A DNA stretch of 63,078 nucleotides, filler included, from Reclinomonas americana ATCC 50394 (lineage: Eukaryota): assembly GCA_048213135.1 (NCBI GenBank). It is 18 parts of 18 records of this genome, joined end to end, with 100 filler letters (N's around TTAATTAATTAA, not from the genome) between each part and the next. Parts side by side here need not be neighbours in the genome. Positions count along the whole stretch, not along the records: positions 9,322 to 13,744 come from AFZH01021184.1; positions 13,845 to 16,004 come from AFZH01021185.1; positions 16,105 to 19,304 come from AFZH01021186.1; positions 19,405 to 21,222 come from AFZH01021187.1; positions 21,323 to 22,872 come from AFZH01021188.1; positions 22,973 to 24,293 come from AFZH01021189.1; positions 24,394 to 27,678 come from AFZH01021190.1; positions 27,779 to 29,473 come from AFZH01021191.1; 10 more parts are not named here. One strand, given 5' to 3'. Below are positions 13,027 through 28,276 of the stretch, piece by piece (the stretch's first letter is position 1; each line of letters opens with the position of its first letter). A program made the translations under genes and the position numbers. The notes under the pieces were generated by a model, which was given only the letters and a program-made list of their open reading frames with translations, did no database searches and was not told the origin of the DNA.

Positions 13027-13680
13027 ATGTCACAGGAGCCACGGTCTGCATACGTGCGGGGCGAGCGCCACGCCACCCGTCACAACCAGCCGTCCTCCTC
13101 CTCACCCCCACCAGCTCCACCTTTGCCTCACCACCACCACCACCACCACCACCCCCAGCAACAACATTATCATCATCATCATCATCAACACCGTGGAAGC
13201 CACGAGCCGTATCGACCGAATCCTGCACACTCCACCTCACCCCCTCCACCCTCACGGCCGCCCGTGTACCGCTCTGCGTCGCTGTATGCAACCACGCCGC
13301 AGCATGATGACGACGGCGACAGTGGCAGTGCATCGCGTGCAGCCTTTGTTCGCCCGCGGCACAGTCGTCACTACGAGTCTGAGCACGATCAGCGACTGCC
13401 GCCATCGGCGCATGAAGAGAGGCCGGCGCACGACTTTGCGCAGCCGCATTTCCGGGGTCCAGTGGTCAGAGATCACCACCGACAACACAACCGTCAGCAG
13501 CGTGGCCGCGGAAGCACGTACAGCACGGGGCGCATGCGGATGGATGCTGCGGAGGAGGCTCCGGCGTACGACGAAGCAGGGCAGTCCTCGTTTCCACCGT
13601 CGCTGCCGCCGCCAGCTGCGCTGCCCTTTCACCCCGCCATGCAGTTACGCTCGAGCCCTTTGCAGCACACTCCGAGTGGC
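13027..13680 (+). CDS. His/Pro-rich low-complexity protein, 5' fragment
   Basis: ATG13027 ORF with poly-His/poly-Pro tracts running into a gap. Confidence 0.4.
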
Positions 13681-13844
13681 TGTGCGCTCACTTTTCCTTC
13701 CCGTCACACTCTGCTGCGCGACACAGCTACCCTCCTCCTCCTCCNNNNNNNNNNNNNNNNNNNNNNNNNNNNNNNNNNNNNNNNNNNNTTAATTAATTAA
13801 NNNNNNNNNNNNNNNNNNNNNNNNNNNNNNNNNNNNNNNNNNNN

Positions 13845-16001
13845 TCCGCGGTAGGCCATCAGCGCAGCCGGCGCATCTTCCAAGGCTACCAATGCCGCGC
13901 CGAGCAACTTGAGTGACGCTGCGACCACACTCGATGCCGGCCCGTACAAACTACACATATACACATACGCAGTCAGCCAACGGAACCGAAAAGCGACAGA
14001 GGTGGCGGGCAGCAGAGTTGACGCACATCTTTTCGTCCTCGATCACAGCCTGGATGAGTTCGACGGCCTCACGGAACATACCAGACTTGACGTACACAAA
14101 GGCGAGTTGCTTGGCAATCTGTACGCACTCTCGTCAGTCAGATCGTCACGGTCAACAAAGTGATCCGACGGGACGAGCAACGCACTTGCACGGCGCGCCG
14201 GCTGTTCTGCCCGTAAATGTCCTGGATGATGCGGTGCGCCAGCATGCCCTCCTCTTGCGCCTCTTCGTACTGGTCCAGCAACGTGTGCACCTCCATGAGA
14301 CGGAAGCAAATGTTGCCAAAATCAGACCTGCACCACCACAGCACGCAGCGGTAAGCATCACCATCACAAACGACATGCGGTGGGCAGTAGTCGACGCAAC
14401 GTGTGTGTGGCGTCGTTGTAAATGTAAATCCGCTTGGCCTCTTGCAGCATAAACAACACCTCGTCCACCATTTTCTCCGCCATGTAAATCTGCCTCACCG
14501 CGACATTAGCACACAACATGACCGCGAGGCGAGCAGTCTGGCGAAACACACCTTGGCGATCTGCGAGTACACATCGGCCAGGTCGAGGTGATTCGGGTCC
14601 TCTTGTTGCTTGATTTCTCGAGCCTTGGCGAAGAAGGCCAGGGCGTGCTTGGGGTGCTGCATTTCGGCACACAGGCGACCTTGTGCCATGCGAATGGCAA
14701 ACTCGCCAGGGTGATTCTCACCGCGCAGTGCAATCTGATACTCGGTGGCCTTTTCGAGCAGTCGCAAGGCCTTGTCTTTGCTGTTGCCACACACCAAAGG
14801 TGAGTTGCCGGTGCTTGAGAATCGATGGTGCAGATGCCCGCCCACACGCAACTCTCCGCAAATGCTGAGGCTGAGAGCATGTGTGCAAATCAGTGCCGGC
14901 ATGAGGTACCTCGAGTAGATTTCGGGAATCTCTCGTCGCAAGTTGCGCGCCGTGTGCACGTGAACGAGGGCCATCTTTCCCTGCCCTGCAGCCAGATACG
15001 CCTGGGCGAGAGCAATGTACGCACGCAGTACGTTGACGTGTACCGGGCCGTAGCACAGTCTCGTCAGCGCAACGCTCTGAACCTGTGCGCGCACACACAC
15101 CCGGAGTTCAGATCCGCTGCACACCTCTCTCCCTGCCTCTCTCTCTATCTCTATCTCCCACGCAACTCTCAAATCAATCAGTTGCGAGACATCGGAGCAC
15201 TCGCGTATTCTGCCCTGCAGTTCCTGCAATTGCTCCCACGGCGACGGACCGTCGTCATCGTCGTCGTCGTGAGCCACCCCTACGCCATCGGCACCGCCAT
15301 ACTTGCCGGGACCGACGTACGGGCCATGAGAGGATCCACTGGCAGCCGGCAAGAACGCTCCCGCACTGTCAGCATGCTCCAAACCGGGAATGTAACGCGA
15401 CGAGCCATGACTCGCACTGCCGGGCCGCTCACCCGGGAAATTCGTTCTGCTGCGCGACGCCGACACCGGTCTCGCGCGCGGCGTCAGCTCTTCATCCGAA
15501 CGGTGGTGCCGGCGTTTGCTGCCACGCTGACCACCATCGCTCCCAGCCGACTCCTTCTTGCTCCGCCCTCCCTTCTTCTTCTTCTTCTTCGTCTTGCGTC
15601 CGCTGTCACTCTCTTGCTCTGCGGCAGCAGGTAGGGTGTCATTATTACAGGTACAGCAGCCACAAACACACACACAGAGAGAGAGAGAAGGCGACACGCA
15701 ACTGTACACTTGCCGCACAGTGCGCAGTCCGCTTCTGCCCGACGCTGGCGGTGGAGTCGGCGCGCCATGATGCCTAGACGAGCAGGGGAGAGAAAGTCAA
15801 CATCACACCATACGCTCTCGAGTACACAGACCACCACGTGCGCAACAGATCGCGGCCTGGCGACGGCTGCCGAGTGGCCGGTGCACTCACAGGACGCCGC
15901 CCACTCGACGACGACGACGGTGCTGCTGCTGGCGGTGGCGACGGCAAGTGCGGAGCGGCCGCCGTTGCGCGAGTGGCACCCGTCACGCGAGAGGCAGACA
16001 T
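13845..16001 (-). CDS. TTC23/TTC23L-like TPR protein (3' end in gap)
   Basis: VQSVALTRLCYGPVHVNVLRAYIALAQAYL resembles the TTC23 N-terminal region. Further TPR-like helices (ALAFFAKAREIK..DLADVYSQIA). Confidence 0.65.
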
Positions 16002-16195
16002 GGGNNNNNNNNNNNNNNNNNNNNNNNNNNNNNNNNNNNNNNNNNNNNTTAATTAATTAANNNNNNNNNNNNNNNNNNNNNNNNNNNNNNNNNNNNNNNN
16101 NNNNAGGGAGAGTAGGAGAGAGAGAGAGAGAGAGAGAGCGCAATGTTTGAGGAGGCGCACCCTCATCACTGAATCATGAGCAAAAGAGACACAAC

Positions 16196-19100
16196 TGGTC
16201 GTGACTGAGGCCACCGACACCGCCAATAATGCCCTCGTTGAGCTTGCGCTGCACGGCGTGCAGCAGCCGGAAGTCCTCCTCCGGCAGCAGTGCGACGAGT
16301 CCAATGGCACCGCTGACAGTCGCGTACAGGATCGTGGGGCACACCGAGAGGCCCTCAGACTCCGGCAACTTCATCACCAACGAGCCTGCATGCCGCCGCG
16401 GGTCAGTCACCACAAACAACACACGAGCAATGACGGGCGGCAGCAACTGACCTGGTGTGAGCACATTCACTTGATCACCAAGGTGATACTTGCCGATAAT
16501 GTCCAGCTTCTTGCGTTCCTCCTCGGACGTGGCCTCCGGGTTCTACACCACAGCAGCGTGTCAATCGACGTACACTGTACAACACCATGCGACAGCTCAG
16601 CGTCACCTTTCGCAGCGAGTACAAATTGTTGCCAGTGTCGGCGGCGAGGAAGGCGTCGTCATCGATGAACTCGCAGGCGGTTGGCCATGTGGAGCTGTGA
16701 TCGCGTGCCACCTATATTTTATGTGCGGGCACAAATTAATGTCACATGGGTTACGCGAGACGGGCGGTTGGGATCTCACCTCCTTCAACTGAGCATCGGT
16801 GGCCTCGTACAAGTAGACGCTGACCGACTTCATCAGATCCATGCACAGAATAAAGTCGCCACGAGTCTTTGCCGAGAGGCTGAGAACTTGGCCACTGGCC
16901 TGCGCCTCGGAGGAGAGCTCGTGCGAGCCACCCTCCTGATCCTCCCAGCGCCACATTTGCAACTACCCGCATGGCACGACGGGTGTAAGGAACACGGAAA
17001 TGAATGCACAAACTCGAAAGGCGCATCCGCAACTCGGCTGTTGATTGTCGACAGCAGACGGCCGCCGGAGAATGAACGCAATGCGTACACGGCTCCACGT
17101 GTTGTGCGAGCGGTGACGAGAACGAGCGAGCGGTCTCTTACTTCGAACACACAGATGCGGCCGCGGGTCGGCTCCGGCTCCTGTACCAGTACCATACAAA
17201 TGTTCAGCGCATATAAACGCACGGCGACGGATGCTGGCCGATAAAAACGCAGACGTTACGCACCTCGTCGCTCACTACCGCCGTACCGACGACATAGTAC
17301 GGTGTGGGGTCGTCGCCCAGATGCACCGACTGGACAGCAAACACAGTCTCCATTTCCTCTAGTGCGTGCTCATTGAGCACGTCAAACGTCTTCTCGTCAA
17401 ACAGCTTCAGGAAGCTGTACTCGTGCTCTGTCTCCGTCTCGTCCAAACGGAACTGCGACGTGGCGACAAGAAACGTCTGACTCGCTTCCTACATGGCATA
17501 CGTCAGCAACACTTTTCTTCTCTCAGTCTCGTCTCGCGCCACACGGAACTTGATGTGCAATTCGCCGCGGCTGCTCGCCCAAGTAAACGGAGCGCACATG
17601 CAGCTTCTGAATGTCATCAATGGTGCCGATGACCAACTTGGCATCGGTGGCGATAGCCAGGCAGTCGGGTGACGAGTCTGAATTGAACGAACACATGCTG
17701 CCGACCTCGCGCAGATTGACGTTTGAGTACAGTAGCTTGCTGCTGTTGGAGTACACAACAGTCGGTCGATCCGACACGGCGAACACGTGCGATTGACCCT
17801 GTGAGCGTTGACACGCGATGTTCAGGGCCACCCTCAAGCTCCCGTACTCGCAACAACAACAACAACAATTCGTGCGACGTACCCGGTGAGTGAAACGGTG
17901 CAGCATGGTTGGCTTGGTGCCGAGCGAGATGCGCTTCCGATCAGTGAGTGCGTACGTGTCGAGATCGACGCGGAAATGGCAAAAGTGACCATCACCCAAG
18001 CCGCACAGCAGGTACGAGATGCCCTCAAAGGACGCCAGCAGTACCGAGCGTGCAATGTACTCTGGAGAGTGCAAAGCGGCGGCGACCATGTGAGTGGCAC
18101 CACGACATCACTCTCCTTCTACCCGACGAGACAACAGACCTCCGCCAAGATTCTCCTGTGTCACCGGCTCAAAGCCAGGCAGTCGCACAATGTGCACACT
18201 GATGTCGTCCCACAGGCCAACGGCGCACACAGGACTGTCGTCGGATTCGCTGCTCAGCGAGCTCAGATCCACACACGAGATTTCACGCTCCATGGTTCGG
18301 CGACTGCACATCACGAGTAAGATCACCCGCCGCCGACAGTTCAGTTGAGGACATGCGCTGACCTGATCTCCACAATCTCACGACCCTCGACGCGCAAGTA
18401 GACCAGGGTGTGACCACCGACTGCCAACACCAACTGGCCATTGTTGGAGGCCGCAAGGTTGATGGTCCACTCGCTCGGTGGTGACCACTCAGAGAGAAGC
18501 GCTGGCTCTTGCAGGCTGATCAGTCGAACTGCCACCTCTGTCACTTGCAGTGCACAGTCGTTGGTGGTGTTGGCACAGTACAGGCTCTGTCGACTCAGGT
18601 CGAAGCCGTCAATATCCATCTCCTCCATGACTTGTGCGTCTGCGCGCACACAGCAGAAAGTCGGTAAGCAAATACGAGCACTAGGAGCAAAAACAAAAAA
18701 AGCACGCACCGCTCATGCCCAGAATGCGAGTCTCGCCAATGAACGAGAACACAATGTACTTTTCACGGTCGTCGACTGAACTCGGTCGCAGACTCCACAT
18801 GCCCTGCACGACTCTTATGGTTACGCACCGGCTGGAGACCTGCAAGTGGCAGAGTGCACTGCGCACCTTGATACCCGGCAATTCGATCTCGGCCTGCTCA
18901 TTGATTCCGACACCCACGCGAACAATGCGCAGTGAGCCGTCCTTGAAGCAGCCCGAGCACGTGACAAGTTGACCCTGTGTGAGAATGGGGGGAGACCGCG
19001 TGAGCACAGCACTGCACTCATTCGTGCTCCATGCATATAATGTGTGCATTCCGCGAACCTGACCCTGCCGCTCCACGTCCACCACACACATGTCTTGGAT

Positions 19101-20039
19101 CGGGGCCAGATTCACGAATGTGTCCACCACTTCCACGTAGGACTCGTCAATGTTCTTCTCCGCATTCAGCCGAATGAGCTGCGAGTCGCCATAGCAGGAG
19201 CCCACAAAGACAAACGAGTTGTCGAGGTACGATATGGAGGAGGCCAAGCTCGTCTGGAAGAAATACATCAATGTAAACTGTCACACCAATCCTCTCACAC
19301 ATCCNNNNNNNNNNNNNNNNNNNNNNNNNNNNNNNNNNNNNNNNNNNNTTAATTAATTAANNNNNNNNNNNNNNNNNNNNNNNNNNNNNNNNNNNNNNNN
19401 NNNNATCGTACATGTGCAATCCAATGATGCGACACAGCGGATCCACCACTCCTGTCGGTCCCTTCTCCGTCGGTCGTCCGATGCGATCCTGCTCAGGCAC
19501 GAGAGCACGTGTCACACACACCACCACCACCACCACTAACGTCCTCAGAGATACCACGGTGTGACACAAACGCACCTGCGCGTCACCATAGGCGCACGTC
19601 TCCATTGCCCGAGTCGCCGCATTGTACCGCAACACCGCATAGCTGTACTTTTCCGTCAAGAAGAACAACAGGTCCTGCTCGTGTCCCTACACAGCCGCAA
19701 AAGACGCCGGTCAAACACGCGAAGCGACAGAAGCAGTGCCCGCAGGGCGCAGCAGGGGGAGATGTCCTCACACACACACGCATCGCAAACACCGTGCAGC
19801 ACACGCGGAGTGTCACACAAACACGCAACTGGCGGACGGAAGGCATGCAGCGACGCAATGCGGCCATACACCGGCACATCCTCGAGCGGCTGCAAGCCTC
19901 CGTTGCACACCGAGTAGATCTCGATCGAAGTGCACTTGTTCAGCACCAGATTGAGACTCGCACCGCCCACCAACGAGCAAGTAATCGAGTCGTACACGCA
20001 CGTCGGCCGCTGCGCAGTCACCACGTACGAGGTCGCCAT
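16196..20039 (-). CDS. DDB1: DNA damage-binding protein 1 (CUL4 adaptor); spans a gap, 3' end missing
   Basis: MATSYVVTAQRPT, VYGRIASL, DRIGRPTEKG, ISYLDNSFVFVGSCYGDSQLI, GQLVTCSGCFKDGSLRIVRVGVGI, SDRPTVVYS, IGTIDDIQKLHVRSVYLGEQPRRIAHQ, EPTRGRI, GDFILCMDLMKSV. About 12 introns traced in frame. Confidence 0.95.
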
Positions 20040-20136
20040 CACACCACCAGTCCGCACACAAAGACAACTGGGGTTGGTTCATCAGTCGGAATGCAGACAG
20101 AGAAAAGGCTGGCAGCGCGGGAGAGCGTGTGGAGAG

Positions 20137-21222
20137 ATGCTCTCTGACGCCACTGTGCGGCGGCTAGAGACGCGTCGTCAGTCAGCCGGGAGTCGAGGCG
20201 GTGTCGCGGGCGACGACGATGTGCAGCATGGCGCGCGCTCACCCTCGCCCTCCTCCTCTCTGTCGCCCCCGCCACTGTCGCCCATGTCGTCCATGCACAC
20301 TGGCATGCTGCTGTCGTCACCGGCGGTGGTCATTCGCACAGGCGCGGTGGCGGGAAGAGAGAGCGAGGAGGCGCAGAATGGCGATGAGTTGATGGCGATG
20401 ACCAAGCGGATGATGGCCACTGCAGGTGGTGGTGCGTCGCATCATGTGCAGGACTTGATGCGCCTTGCGCAGTTGCGTGGCTGCATGCAGTGTCCAGTGC
20501 ACGCACGCACACAGTGGCGTTGCTCACACGCACATGGGGGGAGGAGCAGTCAGGAACTCGAAAAGTACACGCGATATGTGATCCGCTGTGTGGTGCAAGC
20601 GTACCCGACAGAGGAGTACTATGTGCTGGTGCATGCACTGTGCCTCATTCTCAACGTTCCGTTTCCCGATCGCGACTGGCCAGGTACTGCGTTTGATGAT
20701 GACACACTGTGACATGCTGGTCGGTATGTTTCTGTCGTCTGATATCTGCGCTTTGTTGCGCACAGCTTGCTGCAGCGTGTTGACGCGCGCCGACTTGCGA
20801 GACGCGCTGGCTGCTGCGTCGCCACTGGCATGGGACCCGGCTCGACGCAGTCGCCTACACATTTGCAAGAGTCGACTGCAGAGTTGGTTGTACAGTCCAA
20901 AGGTTCCGTGCATCGTCGCGACGGTTGTGATTGGCGTATCGTTGCTGACCTCCACCACCCTCGCATGCCGTGCAGCTGCAGAAGGAGTACCATCGCATGG
21001 CCACATTCATCATTCACTTTGCCGATGCCGTGGATCACGACGATAGATTACGGTTGGTCAATGTATTTTTCCGCATTCCTGTGCGCGGGCTCATCTCCTC
21101 CTCTGTTGCATCCGTAGGAACCGCCAACCGGCGGTGCAGTCGTCGCCGTCGGCAGCGGCCAAGTTCCGCGGCCGCGCGCTCGTGCGAAGTCCGCTCAAGC
21201 GGCGGCTATCGCCGACATCGTT
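20137..21222 (+). CDS. Hypothetical helical protein, divergent from DDB1 (3' end in gap)
   Basis: ATG about 97 bp from the DDB1 ATG; spliced exons ELEKYTRYVIRCVVQAYPTEEYYVLVHALCLIL, DICALLR, LQKEYHRMA. Confidence 0.45.
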
Positions 21223-21322
21223 NNNNNNNNNNNNNNNNNNNNNNNNNNNNNNNNNNNNNNNNNNNNTTAATTAATTAANNNNNNNNNNNNNNNNNNNNNN
21301 NNNNNNNNNNNNNNNNNNNNNN

Positions 21323-21800
21323 TGTGCCGGGCGCATAGTTCACGCCCTGCCGCCCGTCCGTGATGAATGCACGCAGCTTGCTCGTGTCGCACTGTGTGTA
21401 TCCACATGGAGTTTAGAGGCACTCCAGCAGAGCAGAGGAGTGGGGCGAGAAGAACCTCGGCAGACTCTGGATCCGGCGGGCCGACGACCACCAAGAACGG
21501 CATCAGGCCGTGCTCACTGACCATGGGCACAAACGCCTGACTGCCCAACGGATGCCGCTCCATAATCTCAATGCGCATCGGCAACTGGCGCGGCTGGGCG
21601 CGGAAAATCGACAGCAGAGTGCGACCGCGACCCACCTCCGGATGCACCTCCACCGCCGGCGCCACATTGTGAAAGCGCGTGGTGGTGCCGGCATTGATCG
21701 GGTACGTGCGCTCGGCATTCTCCGGCTCAATCACATCCCCAAACGCCGCAAATGCCTCGCGACTGAGAGGCTCCACAGGAAGCACGATGCGAGAGCTCAT
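21323..21800 (-). CDS. allA: Ureidoglycolate lyase (AllA/DAL3 family; 3' end in gap)
   Basis: VEPLSREAFAAFGDVIE, INAGTTTRFH, SIFRAQPRQLP, MERHPLGSQAFVPM, FLVVV, then after one intron LRAFITDGRQGVNYAPGT: all hallmark AllA motifs. Confidence 0.93.
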
Positions 21801-21866
21801 GACAACAACAACAAAATGACAAAGTCGACGGACAGACGGACTTCACACACAGCTTGCGTTGATAAC

Positions 21867-23957
<2,091 letters not shown>

Positions 23958-24056
23958 TGAGTGGATTCGGAGGAGCAGAGCGACTCACAAAAAATGGCGT
24001 GTTGCTTTGCAACGTCACACGAGAGATAAAAACTCGTTCATGCGCACGCTCCGACC

Positions 24057-24795
24057 TCAGTCGAGACGGATGTTGCCAGTGGCCGGGTCGCGATACATCA
24101 GCTTGCCCGGGCCCGACGTTTCGACACTCTCCTCCTCTGCAATATCTTTTTCGCTGTCCACGTGCACCAGGCGACCGCGCACGTACGTCTTGTGGATCAC
24201 ACCGTGCACGTGCACATTGTCGAACGGCGAGCGCTTGTGTCGGTGGAACGTGCGCGACGGATCGATGGTGTAGGGCGCATCGGGATCCCACACNNNNNNN
24301 NNNNNNNNNNNNNNNNNNNNNNNNNNNNNNNNNNNNNTTAATTAATTAANNNNNNNNNNNNNNNNNNNNNNNNNNNNNNNNNNNNNNNNNNNNCAGCACG
24401 CGCTCCACAATGCCATCCTCGTTGACCAGCACCGCCGCCGCACGCACGTCATCACTGTCGGTCAGCACGCGACGAGACACGAGTGCAAATGGTCGGATCT
24501 TGCCCTCCGCCACTGGCGACACTTCGACCGTCTCTTCTGCCAAGCGCAGCTCGAAAGTAGGTTCTTCTTTAGGCCTGTCGCCCAGGAGATTCACACTGGT
24601 CATGTGGTCGTGCAGGAGAACCACACTGGCCACTGCCAGCAGAGTCACAAACAGCGCCGGGTGCAGATACCACGCATGACGTGCACTTCGTGTCGTCACC
24701 GCAGTAGTCGTCGCCGTGGCGGTGTTGGTGTTGTTGTTGCTGGCGTTGTTCGCATTGTTGCTGCTGCGTTGCTGCAGCGCAGGTCCCTCGCGCAT
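24057..24795 (-). CDS. Allantoinase (cyclic amidohydrolase); central catalytic part lost in gap 24294-24393
   Basis: N-part LVSRRVLTDSDDVRAAAVLVNEDGIVERV and C-part VWDPDAPYTID..FHRHKRSPF..VHGVIHKTYVRGRLV match allantoinase termini. It sits between allantoicase and AGT. Confidence 0.75.
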
Positions 24796-24877
24796 TGCTT
24801 CGGAACTTAACTTGAGATAATGCAAGCAGGACTGCAGGATCACTGCTCATTCCTCGCTCGTCACTCAAAGCGCAATC

Positions 24878-26187
24878 ATGGAAGGCATTCACGTGTCGGG
24901 AGTGGTGACGGATGAGGTGGCGCAAAAGGTCCCGTGTGTGGTGATCCGCGGTGGCGCCAAGCGCCCGGTTGGCGCGGGCGCAGTGGGTGCGGTTCCGGAG
25001 TGGTTGAGCTCGCGCCCGCTCACCGACTTGGCGGCGGAGCGCACGGGTGGGCGAGTGTTGTTTGCCAGCGACGAGTGGTTTGCCGGCGCCTATCGTCTCA
25101 TGTTGTCGAGCGAGCCCGAGTTCCGTGTGGATGTGTACACGCCGTTCGGCAAGTGGATGGATGGGTGGGAGTCGCGTCGGCGTCGCACCGCCGGTCACGA
25201 TTGGTGCATCTTGGAGCTGGGCATGCCGGGGCGCATTCGCGGCATTGAGATCGACACGGCATTCTTCACGGGAAATCATGCACCGCGCGCCAGTGTGTAC
25301 GCTACGAGCTTGAGTGCCGACGATGAGCGTCTGGCGCCGCTGCGTGGCTGGGGGAAGCGGTGCGGTGTGGCGGCGACGCCGGAGGAATTCGAGCTGGCCA
25401 ATCGCTTGGAGAGTGACAAGTGGGATGAGCTGGTGCCGTTCACTCCGCTCGAGCCGGGCTACGAGGACTCGCGCCGCCAGTTCTTCGAGGTCGACAGCGA
25501 CAAGCGGTACACGCATCTGCGCCTCAACATGTTCCCCGACGGTGGCATTGCGCGCCTTCGTGTGTGGGGCGACGTGGCGGTGCAGTGGCGCGCTGGCGAT
25601 GAGGAAGTGGACCTGGCAGCCGTCGAGTCTGGTGGTGTGGCGCTCGGCTGCAGCGACAAGCACTTTGGCGAGCCGCGCAACCTCATTCAACCCGGCCGCG
25701 GCATCAACATGGGCGACGGATGGGAGACGGCTCGCAAGCTGACGCGGCCGCCGGTGCTGGTCATGGACCAGGCCTCGGGCCTGGTCGTGGCTCCGGGTTC
25801 CGACTGGGCCATCCTCAAGCTCGGCACGACGGGTGTGGTTCGCCGGTTGGTGATCGACACGGCACACTTCAAGGGCAACTACCCGGAGTCGTGCCAGGTG
25901 AGTTCTGTGCTCCAGTTTGATGATGCGCTGACGAGGTCTCATCGGCTGGCGCGCGTGTGGAACAGGTTGATGGCTGCCAGGCGGATACGGACGAGTTGTA
26001 CTTGTTGAATGGCGAGCTTCCGATTTTCAACTGGCGTCCGGTGTTGCCACGCACGCAGCTGCGCGCCGATCACATTCATCACTTTGACGCCGACCCGGAG
26101 GCTGGTCCAATCACCCACCTGCGTCTGACCATGTTCCCCGACGGTGGCATCTCCCGCATTCGCGCCTTTGGCACACCATGCCTGTGA
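24878..26187 (+). CDS. ALLC: Allantoicase (two repeats), single intron 25898-25965
   Basis: GGRVLFASDEWF, GKWMDGWESRRRRTAGHDWCILELG, IDTAFFTGN, THLRLNMFPDGGIARLRVWG, NMGDGWETAR, DWAILKLG, DTAHFKGNYPES, THLRLTMFPDGGISRIRAFG. Confidence 0.96.
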
Positions 26188-26290
26188 TGCAGCGGTCGCT
26201 CTGCTCTCGCCCGTCTCACTGTCCTCCCCCTCTTTTTTTCTCGTGCTCTCCATCTGCCATCCGTGCTTCGGAATGAAAATCTATGCTGCA

Positions 26291-27678
26291 TTATGATTGT
26301 TGTGATAATGGTGGCGGTGGTGGTGGCACTGGCGCCGGCTGCGTAGCACTGTCGGTCTCCAGCAAAACGCGTGACACTGGCGGCATCATTTCGGCAATGG
26401 CATCGAGCCACTCCACGGCCTCGCGCCACCCGCTGGCGGCCGACGCCTGCAACAAGTGCACTGCGCGCGGTAGCGAGCGCGGCAAGCCCGCCGCCCCAGT
26501 CAAGTACAGTTGGCCCATTACACAAAAAGCACGCGGGTCGCCCTGGTGCATCTTGAGACGGAGCACACGCATCGTCTCCAGCCGCGCCTCACGGGCGTGC
26601 GGTCCCAGTGCCCACAAGTCCAACAGCGACTCCATCGTTTGTGGGGCAGTCTCGGCCACGCGGTAATTGCGCGCCATGAACACACCAGCCAGTCGCAAGT
26701 CGCGCTCCACTCCGCCCGTGCCATCGCGGTACATGTTGGACAGCTTGATGTTGGCCAGCGGGCAGTTGCCATTCGACGACAGTCGCAAGTATCTGTGTGT
26801 GTCCTCGGGAGATCAGTGCGTCGCATAGCGGAGCGAACCAACACAGCACCACTGGCAAGCCAACCTCAGCACAAAGTGATTGCGCGCCATTTCCGAGTGA
26901 ACGGGGATTTCGCCGCGCTCGTACAGGATCGCCAAATTGAATGCGGCGAGCGCGTGACCCGGCACTCGTTCCGCATCGTCGGGCGACGAAAACCCCCCAC
27001 CATGGGAATTCCACAGCTTGTGCAGCAGCGACATTTCGTCCTCCACAGTCACCGGCGGTAGCGTCCACGGCGGCATCTCGTTCTCGTCGGGCTCGGTGCC
27101 GGCAAACAATTCGCCTGGCGCAGCCCATCCAATGACGATATTCTGTGTCACGACGACAAACACAATGAGTTGCGGTGCGCACTTCCGCGCAGACGCCCGC
27201 AGCAGCACCACCACGCACATTCTCAGTGCGATCCACTGGATCCCAGTCGGGCTCGAAGCTCTCACGTGCTCGTTGCGCCTCCAGCAGCATCATATCGCAC
27301 TCTGCCCGCTGCTCAGGGGTGAGCGGCGGTTTCTTCGGTGGCGACGCATTGACCGCCATTCGGTAGTACTCGGCTGCCTGTGCCATCCATGTGCATGTGC
27401 GCGCGCGCGTTGAGATTCACCGTTGTCGGCGAGCAAACGAATGAGCGTGAGATCAAATCTAATCAGACCAGCGGCACATCTCGCGTCGTTCCCTGTCCCT
27501 CGAGTAGCATGTTGCCGACATTGAACTGGGCCGTCACATGCCCGAGATCGGCTGCCTTACGGAAGAGAGTAAAGGCACAGCGCACAGCGCGCTCCGTGCC
27601 GTCATTCTGTGACCGCAGCGGTGTCAGGTTCGTCGTCACACTTCGCAAGATGCAATCGATCGACCAACCTTGTCGCCA
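26291..27678 (-). CDS. Sel1-repeat protein (5' end in gap)
   Basis: FRKAADLGHVTAQFNVGNMLLEGQGTTRD, AAFNLAILYERG, LSNMYRDGTGGVERDL, MGQLYLTGAAGLPRSLPRAVHLLQASAASG. Confidence 0.85.
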
Positions 27679-28276
27679 NNNNNNNNNNNNNNNNNNNNNN
27701 NNNNNNNNNNNNNNNNNNNNNNTTAATTAATTAANNNNNNNNNNNNNNNNNNNNNNNNNNNNNNNNNNNNNNNNNNNNTCATGATCACACTCAACATCAT
27801 GCATCGCGCAACTTGAATGCATCCAGCGCAGCCTGATCACGCGCAAGTGCACGCACCTGCGCTACAAACTCGCCGATCCGCTGCATGCATGCGCCTCCAG
27901 GTTGACTGGGCACAATTTATTTTCCGAGTGAATGAACGACGCGACCGATGGACCCACAAGCGACGGACGCCGATCGGGGCTGGGGTGCACCCGCGCTGGT
28001 GCGCGTGCGCGGCTTTTCTTAACAAGAATGTCCATCCTGGTTTTTTAAAGAATGATGATCGAGTACTTTCCCTCTGTGCTCTCGGGGGTCAAACTTCGAG
28101 GGTGCAATGGGATCAGGCGTGCTCACATGGACTGAAAATGCCAAGTACCGTCTGACTCTCAAAAAACCCACGTCGATGGTCGTTCTTGTTCACTTTGCAA
28201 GCGGAGGGAAAAATACGAAGCAACAACAACGAAGACGACGACGACATGCGACGGTCTGTTGCGTGGCTTAGCTCGC

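Noticed and set aside
24569..25942. Long antisense ORFs (457 aa here; also 50821-51756, 60556-61461 and others)
   Set aside because: Shadow ORFs of GC-rich genes on the opposite strand, with no recognisable motifs.
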